IMG/VR virus record: IMGVR_UViG_3300037851_000117
Span: 1 to 32,179 of that record
Length of the DNA stretch: 32,179 nt
Reading direction: 5' to 3' (one strand)
Source of the DNA: a virus
Taxonomy: Duplodnaviria; Caudoviricetes
In this document: positions 25,454 through 32,179 of the stretch, piece by piece
Numbering within the stretch: the stretch's first letter is position 1
Layout of the letters: every line of letters starts with the position of its first letter
The notes under the pieces: model-generated
What the model was told of the DNA's origin: nothing
The model's input: the letters and a program-made list of their open reading frames with translations, nothing else
Databases searched by the model: none
Position numbers and translations under genes: made by a program

Positions 25454-25795
25454 CTACCTGCGCTTTTGTGCGCGAGTCTTGATCGCGTGGCAGGTACGGC
25501 ACAGCACTCGAAGGTTCTCGACGGCGTTCGCTTCGCCTGGATCGGCGAACAGCCGCGCCTCGACGACGTGGTCGCACTGCCAGTCCGGGCCGAGCTCCAC
25601 CCCGCACGACTCGCACATCCCTCGCGCCATGCGGTACCGTTTCGCGCGGTTCCTCCGGTAGCTCGCGTGCTTGTACGCCGCACGATACGGTTGCTTCGCC
25701 ATGCGCTCGGCCTCGGGTTGGTGGCGCACCACGCGGCAGACGCATGTCTCTCCTTTGGCGACCCGTCTACCGCAACTGCACGTCCGATGGATCAT
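25454..25795 (-). CDS. HNH endonuclease (HK97 gp74-like packaging cofactor)
   Basis: CESCG...CDHVV...NLRVLCRTCHAIKT, upstream of terS. Confidence 0.85.
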   Translation of the reverse strand: MIHRTCSCGRRVAKGETCVCRVVRHQPEAERMAKQPYRAAYKHASYRRNRAKRYRMARGMCESCGVELGPDWQCDHVVEARLFADPGEANAVENLRVLCRTCHAIKTRAQKRR

Positions 25796-26097
25796 GAGCG
25801 GCGCTCCCTCTCCTCGATCGTCTTGAAGCGGCACTCGACGTAGCCCGCGATGTCGAGCCAGCTGTCGTCGTGGTCGGGTGTCTCGCCTAGTCTCGCCAGC
25901 TTCACGCAGATCATCACGAGCTGCACGTCCTCGGGTGTGGTGATGGGCCTTTCGCCGAACACCGCACGGATGATGGCTGCTGCTCTGCCGTGGTCGTCGA
26001 GCGGGTGTCCGTAGGTTCTTCCGCGCTCGGTCACGGTCTGGATGATGTCGAGTGCGCGCTTCGCCGATGCGCCGTACTCGTCTGCGTGGAAGCTCAT
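25792..26097 (-). CDS. DUF6378-like phage protein
   Basis: RGRTYGHP, VKLAR, HDDSWLDIAGY. Confidence 0.7.
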   Translation of the reverse strand: MSFHADEYGASAKRALDIIQTVTERGRTYGHPLDDHGRAAAIIRAVFGERPITTPEDVQLVMICVKLARLGETPDHDDSWLDIAGYVECRFKTIEERERRS

Positions 26098-26252
26098 GGC
26101 TTGCCCTCCGTCCGTCTGCTCTTGGCGAGCATGACCGGTTGTATCGTCGGTGAGACGTCTGCCCCGCATACAGCGCAGGTGGTCGTACGGTCGTGGATCG
26201 GGCGCTTGCGTTGCCAGGTGTTGCCGCAGTGGGCGTAGACGTAGGTCGGCAC
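26094..26252 (-). CDS. FmdB-like zinc ribbon protein
   Basis: GTG start, MPTYVYAHCGN...CAVCG. Confidence 0.55.
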   Translation of the reverse strand: MPTYVYAHCGNTWQRKRPIHDRTTTCAVCGADVSPTIQPVMLAKSRRTEGKP

Positions 26253-26263
26253 CTTATAGCCCC

Positions 26264-27583
26264 TTACACCGGGTAGCGGCACGGCTTCGAGTCGCCGTCG
26301 GACAGGTCGATCGCGTACTGCCACGTCCGGCCCTTCTCGGGGTGCATACCGTAGAGCACCTGCCGCGGTTTGGCCCCCGCGAACAGCGCCCCGATGCTGA
26401 ATTCGTTGGCACCGATGCCCGAGCCGTTGAGCACCACGTCGCAGTCGGTGCGCTCGAGCAGCGCGGTCTGGTGGAAGTGCGCGAGGTTGACCACCTGGAA
26501 GCGCTGCTGCCGGGAGTTCAGAAGAGCGGTGAGGTTGCTCACGGCGCGGTTGATGCCGTAGGCGGGGATGCCGTTCCACCCCCTGATGTTGTCGCCGTGT
26601 AGGTTCAGAAGGTTGAAGCCCTCCATATCCACGAGCGACCAGAAGCTCTTGTGATTGACGAACGTCACGTTGGACTGTGCGGCCAGGTGTAGCGAGATCA
26701 TGTGGCCGAGCAGATAGTCGTAGTTCACCCATCGCCTCTTGAATCGCGGCTTCTGCGTGACGCGGCCGTGGTTGCCGAAGTGCCAGTCGATCTTCACCTC
26801 TCCGAACTCCGCGGCGAGTTGCCTGATGCCTTGTGCGAGGATGGACGAGCCGTCGATAAGCCAGTCCATCAGCGTGGAGTCAGATGTCTCAACGAGCTCG
26901 TCGTGGATGGTGCCGGACACCATGTCGCCCAGGCCCACGAGCGAGAGCCGCGGCAGGTCGTAGCCGGTGAGCTTCCCGAAACAGATCCCGCCGACCGAGT
27001 CGACGTGGTATTGCCAGCGCCGGGCGAACGTGTCGAAGTCGTAGTGGTTGATGCCGCCTGTCTCCTCGCCGGAGACGTACTCGCCGATATGGTAGTCCGA
27101 GACGAGCATGACCGCGGTCTCGGGCCGATGCTTCGATGCGCGCTTGAACGAGGGCAGCGGCACGGGCGGCATAGACGGGATGCGGGAGTCGATGGCCGAG
27201 CACATCCGGTCCTCGATCTCGTTGCCGCGGAGCGCCTCGTCGTACTTCGCCTGGAGCTCCTCGACTCTGCGCATAAGCCGGTTGATGGTCTTGTCGCGCT
27301 CTATCTTCTCCTCGGTCGTGAGCTCGATCGGCGGCTCTTTCGGCTCCTTGGGTTCCTTCGGCTTGGGCGCTTGCGCCGCACCGCCCACTGCGACCTCACC
27401 GAACGAGACGCCCTTGTGCTTCTGCTTGCCGATCATGCGGCGCTGCCCCCAGGTGTGGCTATCGTAGCCGGGGTGCGCGTCCATGAGGTCTTTCGGTGGC
27501 ATGTCGGCATGGCGTTTGCCCGACACGAGGCAGGCCGCGTCCCACCATTCGGCTGTCTGCTTGTACACTGCGCAGGTATCCAC
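26264..27583 (-). CDS. Calcineurin-like metallophosphoesterase with N-terminal coiled coil
   Basis: SDYHIGE, GDMVSG, GNHGR, LHGD and AHFH metal motifs. Confidence 0.85.
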   Translation of the reverse strand: MDTCAVYKQTAEWWDAACLVSGKRHADMPPKDLMDAHPGYDSHTWGQRRMIGKQKHKGVSFGEVAVGGAAQAPKPKEPKEPKEPPIELTTEEKIERDKTINRLMRRVEELQAKYDEALRGNEIEDRMCSAIDSRIPSMPPVPLPSFKRASKHRPETAVMLVSDYHIGEYVSGEETGGINHYDFDTFARRWQYHVDSVGGICFGKLTGYDLPRLSLVGLGDMVSGTIHDELVETSDSTLMDWLIDGSSILAQGIRQLAAEFGEVKIDWHFGNHGRVTQKPRFKRRWVNYDYLLGHMISLHLAAQSNVTFVNHKSFWSLVDMEGFNLLNLHGDNIRGWNGIPAYGINRAVSNLTALLNSRQQRFQVVNLAHFHQTALLERTDCDVVLNGSGIGANEFSIGALFAGAKPRQVLYGMHPEKGRTWQYAIDLSDGDSKPCRYPV

Positions 27584-27590
27584 AGGCAGA

Positions 27591-27609
27591 AGCGTTGCGG
27601 GTGTGTCAC
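27591..27609 (-). promoter_or_regulatory. Putative late promoter motif GTGAC-N9-ACGCT, leaderless
   Basis: GTG start lies 7 nt after the motif, with no RBS. Confidence 0.55.
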
Positions 27610-27731
27610 CGGGGCAGAGCCGCCCCGTCGGTGTTCCCTGCCAGGCGGATACCTTTGTGCCCGTCGGGGCCGGCAGGTCGCGGAGCGGCTCTCTGTGTCT
27701 GGTTTCGGTTATGTGTCACCGGGATCGGCGG

Positions 27732-27980
27732 TCATCTTTCGAGTCGAGGCTCGAGCCCCTCAAGTGCGATCGGTTCACCTTGTCGTCGCTCCCACAGGTG
27801 TGGCAGGTGTCGTGCGTCTGGCGGGGGTACGAACCCGCTCGTGCCCTCATCGGCGTGGTACACGTTACGCATCCGCTTGCAGGTCGGACATACGGCCTCT
27901 CCGTCGCACTCCTCGGTTTCAGGGATACCACGGTCCCACCCACACGTCGGGCACGTCTCAGCCTTGTGTGTGTCGCTCAC
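27732..27980 (-). CDS. Small CxxC zinc-binding protein
   Basis: TCPTCG and VCPTCK. GTG start with GGAGG upstream. The C-terminus is uncertain. Confidence 0.5.
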   Translation of the reverse strand: MSDTHKAETCPTCGWDRGIPETEECDGEAVCPTCKRMRNVYHADEGTSGFVPPPDARHLPHLWERRQGEPIALEGLEPRLER

Positions 27981-28169
27981 TCCTCATCGCCTCCAGACAC
28001 TTTCTCGATAACCGCCATCACATCAGCGGCGAACCCTGGTGTGTGGGCGGCGGCATTGGCGGCGCGTGCTGCGGCGAAGGCGGCGTCGGCTTCGGCGTCG
28101 GCTGCGTAGGCGGCGTTGGCTGCGTAGGCGGCGTTGGCGGCGTTGGCGGCGGCGTACGGTGACTGTCAT
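27977..28169 (-). pseudogene. Frameshifted/deleted Ala-rich repeat gene
   Basis: ATG 28169 and TGA 27977 are each coupled to neighbours but lie 193 nt apart (3n+1). The Ala frame reads YAAANAANAAYAANAAYAADA. Confidence 0.55.
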
Positions 28170-28257
28170 GCGATCAACTCCCTCACTCGGTCTATCTCGG
28201 CCTGTAGCGCGGCTTGGGTGGTCAGTGGGGCGCCCGAGGCGGACACCATCGCACCTA

Positions 28258-28455
28258 TCAGGCGCAGTCGCGTGTCAATGACCTCTCGTCGCAGCGCGTC
28301 CGGTAGGGACATATCGGGCACGTGAGCGGATCGCCGGTCAGGTTGTTCTCCGTTGCCGTCGCCGACTGCATCATCCGATAGCCCGGCATCGTGGGGATCT
28401 CGACCCCGACCTGTGAGGCCGTCTGCACGAGTAACTTGCCGTGTGCGCACGCCAT
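28258..28455 (-). CDS. Hypothetical protein
   Basis: GAGGAGG RBS, 65 aa, CPICP motif. Confidence 0.5.
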   Translation of the reverse strand: MACAHGKLLVQTASQVGVEIPTMPGYRMMQSATATENNLTGDPLTCPICPYRTRCDERSLTRDCA

Positions 28456-28467
28456 ATGGTCCTCCTC

Positions 28468-29103
28468 TCATGATGCAGCCATCGCCAACACCCTGTATGC
28501 CGAGCGAGGGTCCGTGCCGATGATCTCGGCTGCCAACTCCACACCGCACCCTTCGTCGAGCAGGATGCGTAGCCTCTCCGTGTCGACCCGCTCCTTGAGC
28601 AGCCCTTCGGCCCGCGCCAAGGCCTCGATGCGCTCCTGCGTCCGGTACTGCACGCGGCGCTGTGTGGACGCGGGGATCGAGGCGCGGGGTATCCCGAGGC
28701 GCGCCGCCATCTGCCCTCGGGTCATCGTGCGCTCGAGGCGGGCGACCAGGTCGTGTGTTCGCGCCGCCGAAACGAGGGCCGTCGAGCCCTTCGGCGGGGA
28801 GCAGAACGCGCGCAGCTCCGCGATCGTGTCCTGTCTGACGCTGTGAGACTCCCCCGACTCGATGGCCCGGAGTGTCCGATACGAGAGCCCGGTGCCTTCT
28901 GATATCGCCCGGCGCGAGAATCCCCGCCTCCGCAGTTTGGCGATGACGGCACGTGCCTCGTCGCCGTCCACGAGTCGAGTCTCTCCGGCCCTCTGGCGCG
29001 CCAGGTATTCGCGCTTCGCCTCGCAGCACTCGAAGCAGGAGCATCCCGCAGCGTAGCGCGATGCCGTGCCGTGGGGTTGGTTGCATGGTCTTTGAGGCCT
29101 CAT
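28468..29103 (-). CDS. Zinc-binding multi-HTH regulator
   Basis: HGTASRYAAGCSCFECCEA, then HTH-like segments (SRRAISEGTGLSYRTLRAIESG; TRGQMAARLGI; GVELAAEIIG). Confidence 0.75.
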   Translation of the reverse strand: MRPQRPCNQPHGTASRYAAGCSCFECCEAKREYLARQRAGETRLVDGDEARAVIAKLRRRGFSRRAISEGTGLSYRTLRAIESGESHSVRQDTIAELRAFCSPPKGSTALVSAARTHDLVARLERTMTRGQMAARLGIPRASIPASTQRRVQYRTQERIEALARAEGLLKERVDTERLRILLDEGCGVELAAEIIGTDPRSAYRVLAMAAS

Positions 29104-29606
29104 GCCGCCACCTGCGGCTTGTTCGCGTCGATCCATGCGAGCGCGTGGCACGCCGCGCTGCGCAGGTGCTCGTTGGTGAGCTTCTCGTCTCCGGGGATGA
29201 TGCTCCGCCCTTGCGCCCACAGCGCTTTGTACGCCCGGTAGTCGCCCATGACGGTGCTGGCCTTCTGCCAGGTCGGTTCGCAGCCCGCCAGCGACACGTA
29301 GACGCCGATGAGCGCGCACACAGCAGGGGTCGTCCAGCGGTTCGGAATGGGCTTGCCGTCGCGGTTGCGCAGATGGCCCCCGCCGAAGTCCTCATAGCCC
29401 TCGATGGCGACGGCTGTGATCCCGGTCATGAGCGAGAGCTCTTCGCGGACCTGCTTGCCGATGAGGGTGCCGCGCTCCATGACGCTTGCGAAGTCGGGCT
29501 TCCCGGCGCCTTTCGTGGTGAGCGTGATCGCGAAGACCACGCGGCCGTCCTCGATGACGACGATGCCGGTGTTGGCCAGGCCGGGGTCTATTCCGACGAC
29601 CTTCAT
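29100..29606 (-). CDS. ruvC: RuvC-like Holliday junction resolvase
   Basis: MKVVGIDPGLANTGIVVI, VAIEG, C-terminal EHLRSAACHA. Confidence 0.8.
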   Translation of the reverse strand: MKVVGIDPGLANTGIVVIEDGRVVFAITLTTKGAGKPDFASVMERGTLIGKQVREELSLMTGITAVAIEGYEDFGGGHLRNRDGKPIPNRWTTPAVCALIGVYVSLAGCEPTWQKASTVMGDYRAYKALWAQGRSIIPGDEKLTNEHLRSAACHALAWIDANKPQVAA

Positions 29607-29875
29607 GGCCGCACCTCACAGACGGAGTAGGGCATCACGGAGTTGCAGGGCCAGCACACGCGGTCGGCAACGATGCCGAACCGATATTCGGTGTGGCCAC
29701 CGAAGCGCCCCTTGCCCTCGACCTCGCGTTCGAAGCGCTTGGCGTGGGAGTGGGAGCACGTCGGGTCTTTCGACCAGCGGGTGATCCAGGACACCGGAAG
29801 CTCCGTGTCGGGCTCGAGATGGGCTTCGTAGTCCTCGGTCGGTTGGTCGCAGTGGGGACATCGGTAGGTCGTCAT
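29603..29875 (-). CDS. Zinc-finger hypothetical protein
   Basis: CPHC...CWPC, coupled to neighbours. Confidence 0.6.
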   Translation of the reverse strand: MTTYRCPHCDQPTEDYEAHLEPDTELPVSWITRWSKDPTCSHSHAKRFEREVEGKGRFGGHTEYRFGIVADRVCWPCNSVMPYSVCEVRP

Positions 29876-30666
29876 CTAGGCACCTCCGCCCAGGGTCGTG
29901 GGTCGTTTGCGATCGCGTAAAACACGAGGCCGACCTTGTCGGCGTGTTTGGTGGCGATCTCGTCGAAGGCCCCCGCGCATTCTGCGGCACACGATCCGTC
30001 GCAGTCAGCGGGGCAGCCTTCCTTGATCGATGAGCCGAGCTTGCCGAGGTTGGTCTGCTTCATCACCCATGAGGGGCCGAACGTCTCCCCCAGGGCGTCG
30101 ACGAGGCAAGCCGAGAGTGGCCGGCCTTTGTGCTCGGTCTGTGACAGGCACTTCGGCATGTCGTCGTAGCGCGGTTGTACACCGCTCCGGTCAGGACAGG
30201 ACAGGACAGGACAGGACAGGACAGGGAGCGTTGTAGAAGCGTTGTACAAGCCTTGTACAAGCGTTGTACTATGGTTGTACAACCCTTTCCGCTGGTCAGA
30301 GCCGTGCGGAGTCCACTCGACCCACTCCGGCAAAGGGACATCCGGGGCTTGAGGGTTGCGGGGTCGCTCATGTTCGGCCATCGTGGGCAGATAGAGGTAA
30401 GGCTGTCCTTGAGACTCATACCTGACGAGTTTTCCGTCGGCGATCATCTCGTCTCTCCACTCCTCGAAACGCTCTACCGTCATGTCGGCGTCGAGGGGTG
30501 AGGGCCAGGCCGCGAGCTTGACGCCGAACATGTCGTCCTCGAGGCAGCATGAGTCCTCCGCACAGGCCCAAAGAGAGCGGTAGAACTCCCGCTTGTCGCG
30601 GGGCCACCGGCACAGCTCGGGGTCGGTGTAGAAGGTAGCCTTTATGATGCGGTTGCGGAGCCTCAT
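29872..30666 (-). CDS. Phage replication initiator (replisome organiser-like)
   Basis: MRLRNRIIKATFYTDPEL...LWACAED N-terminus, with a central repeat-encoded linker containing iterons. Confidence 0.75.
   Translation of the reverse strand: MRLRNRIIKATFYTDPELCRWPRDKREFYRSLWACAEDSCCLEDDMFGVKLAAWPSPLDADMTVERFEEWRDEMIADGKLVRYESQGQPYLYLPTMAEHERPRNPQAPDVPLPEWVEWTPHGSDQRKGLYNHSTTLVQGLYNASTTLPVLSCPVLSCPDRSGVQPRYDDMPKCLSQTEHKGRPLSACLVDALGETFGPSWVMKQTNLGKLGSSIKEGCPADCDGSCAAECAGAFDEIATKHADKVGLVFYAIANDPRPWAEVPR
30192..30226 (+). repeat. (CAGGA)6 plus CAGGG pentamer tract
   Basis: Invariant 5-mers inside the initiator gene, encoding PVLSCPVLSCP. Confidence 0.9.
30228..30282 (+). repeat. Five 11-bp iteron-like repeats (putative replication origin)
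   Basis: gcgttgtagaa, gcgttgtacaa, gccttgtacaa, gcgttgtacta, tggttgtacaa, plus a related ggttgtacacc at 30173-30183. Confidence 0.8.
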
Positions 30667-31280
30667 CAGTATGTGGCAGCCCAATGCTTCTTGACCGCCG
30701 ACTCACCCCCGTCCGCGTAGACCTTGACGAATCGGTTAAGACTCCAGACGGGATCGAGCCGCTGTTCTGCGGTGCCCCAGGCGGCGTTGAACTGCATCAG
30801 GCCGAGGTGCTGGCCGTTGCGCGCGTCGGGACGATACGAGGACTCCCTGTAGGCCACACGACAGCCCACCTCGACGATCCAGGTTGTCTCGGTAGCCGAG
30901 AGCCCGTATGAGGCGGCTGCGGCCCGCAGAGTGGCTGCTACACGTTCTCGCGTCCAGGCCTTCCCGCCTGAGCGGGACACATCGGGGCTTGTCTGCCCTT
31001 GCGGGCGGGCCGTTGTGCTCAGCCTCTTGATCTGTTCGCGCAAGCCTGCGTTGTCCTTGTTCACGGCCTCCACCTCTGAGACCAACACTTCGACCCGGGC
31101 GTGGAGTGCGATGTTCTCGTCGGCAAGCATCTCGCCGGAGTCCAGGGCCTCGGCGAGCTCGGCCTGGTACTTCGCCGCGAGATCGTTCGCCTCGCGCAGC
31201 TCTAGGACCGAGGAGCGCCACGAGACACCGACAGCAACCAGGACAAGAAGCGCGGCAAAGAGCGCGATACGTGTACGCAT
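30666..31280 (-). CDS. Secreted/membrane-anchored lytic transglycosylase-like protein
   Basis: Hydrophobic N-terminus, coiled coil, then RESSYRPDARNGQHLGLMQF (SLT/lysozyme-like ES and GLMQ motifs). Confidence 0.75.
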   Translation of the reverse strand: MRTRIALFAALLVLVAVGVSWRSSVLELREANDLAAKYQAELAEALDSGEMLADENIALHARVEVLVSEVEAVNKDNAGLREQIKRLSTTARPQGQTSPDVSRSGGKAWTRERVAATLRAAAASYGLSATETTWIVEVGCRVAYRESSYRPDARNGQHLGLMQFNAAWGTAEQRLDPVWSLNRFVKVYADGGESAVKKHWAATY

Positions 31281-31341
31281 GGGACACTCCTAAGCTCGGG
31301 GACAGGCTTACGGCGGGGGTGTGGCGGGTAGGTCGTGAGGA

Positions 31342-31773
31342 TCATTCCGTCACCCCCAAGCGCCGCTCACGGTCGTACTCCATGGCGAGATCGAGCTGTG
31401 CGTCCGACGGCGGCAGGCGGCGATAGAGCGCGAGGCACGCGTCGCCTATGGTCCGAAAGGACTTGCCGTCGAGTTCGACGAACCGGTCGAGCGCTAACAG
31501 CGCGCGTTCGGCCTCACGTGATGCGGCAGCGGCGCTCTCGTACTCGAGTGCGGCATCGGAGCTCGTGTGCCGGTATTCGCGCGCCCGGTGCTCGCGCTCT
31601 CCGGCCCGGATCATGGCGCGATACAGCCCGACGAAATTATCGCGCTCGAAGTAGTCTTTGCCGACGTCGAGCCTACCCCTCGCCCCCTCGCAAGCGAGGT
31701 AGTAGCAGTCGCAGTCCTCGTCGTAAGCCACTCTGATGTCTGCGGGGACCTCCGCCAGCACACGCCCGTCCAT
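31342..31773 (-). CDS. Hypothetical protein
   Basis: MDGRVLAEVPADIRV..., coupled to the SSAP stop. Confidence 0.65.
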   Translation of the reverse strand: MDGRVLAEVPADIRVAYDEDCDCYYLACEGARGRLDVGKDYFERDNFVGLYRAMIRAGEREHRAREYRHTSSDAALEYESAAAASREAERALLALDRFVELDGKSFRTIGDACLALYRRLPPSDAQLDLAMEYDRERRLGVTE

Positions 31774-32049
31774 CACGTCCTCACCGCCTTGAGTTTGTCG
31801 ATCAGTTCCGATGCCTGCTTGGACGTGAGCTCGTGGAGATGTTCCACGCCGTAGTCGCGTTTGGCTCCGGCCTTGAGCACCTCCTCGGTGATCTCGAGTT
31901 TCTTCGCGATCGCGTGTATGGCGGCCATCTGCTTCTCGGTGATCCCCCTGGGCGACGAGGCTTGATGGGTCTGCCCGTCCTCTGCCCGACGCTTCACGAC
32001 ATCGTCCCCGGTCGCGATCGGAGCGTCGGCATCGGCAGCCATAGCAGCG
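31773..32049 (-). CDS. Sak/Rad52-like SSAP, 3' part
   Basis: In frame with 1-302 after circularisation. C-terminal ITEKQMAAI...LTSKQASELIDKL helical tail. Confidence 0.7.
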
Positions 32050-32179
32050 ACGATCGCCCGGCCCCACGCCGAGGTCTCGGCGTTCATGAGCTCGCTGTTG
32101 CGGGTGAACGGAGTCAGGCCGGGGAACGGCTCCCACGCCGTACCGATGCCGGGGCGCGCGTCGTCAGCGGTGCGGTAGG
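32050..32179. repeat. Right copy of terminal direct overlap
   Basis: Matches 1-130 at 129 of 130 positions. Confidence 0.95.

Larger units (their letters stand above)
1..32179. mobile_element. Complete circularly permuted tailed phage genome (siphovirus-like, HK97-type head), ~32,049 bp unit length
   Basis: Terminase, portal, protease, capsid, tail tube, tape measure, lysis and replication genes are all present. The 130-bp end overlap closes the circle through an intact ORF. Confidence 0.95.

Noticed and set aside
27622-27670. tRNA or structured ncRNA in the early/late intergenic gap
   Set aside because: Only an imperfect GC stem (gccccgtcgg/ccgtcggggc) is visible, with no cloverleaf or T-loop. 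At most a terminator-like hairpin.
27715-27719. Additional GTGAC late-promoter copy
   Set aside because: Followed by AAACC at the 9-nt spacing, which lacks the conserved T.
28050-28160. DGR variable/template repeat (AAC/TAC/GAC/TTC codon variation)
   Set aside because: No reverse transcriptase gene and no separate TR/VR pair were seen. Tandem Ala-repeat divergence explains it.
17891-28162. Long plus-strand ORFs (e.g. 17891-19096, 18873-20219, 22681-24096, 26702-28162)
   Set aside because: These are antisense shadows of well-supported minus-strand genes, expected in high-GC DNA.
30192-30226. Second guide-like pentamer array
   Set aside because: The CAGGA units are invariant and lie in the initiator coding linker beside iterons, so they carry no variable information.

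Overview
The window is an essentially complete, circularly permuted ~32.05 kb high-GC siphophage genome. Bases 1-130 repeat at 32050-32179 with one mismatch. An actinobacterial-type host is inferred. Nearly all genes are on the minus strand. The early/replication arm encodes an excisionase-like HTH, a ParB-like protein, a Sak/Rad52-like annealing protein across the junction, a secreted transglycosylase, a replication initiator with internal iterons, RuvC and an HTH regulator. It is followed by a metallophosphoesterase, an HNH, an HK97-like head module, a block of fibre/adhesin-like genes, tail genes and a lysis cassette. No integrase is visible, and the repressor appears truncated by a deletion. 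The most notable locus is 1566-2699: a stand-alone Cas7/RAMP-like gene, a coupled partner gene, and directly downstream a non-coding GGC-NN pentamer array followed by a hairpin. This is a candidate compact RNA-guided system with no other cas genes and no CRISPR array. A six-copy GTGAC-N9-ANNNT late-promoter motif and several deletion or frameshift scars were also found. All product calls come from motif recognition by eye, without database searches.
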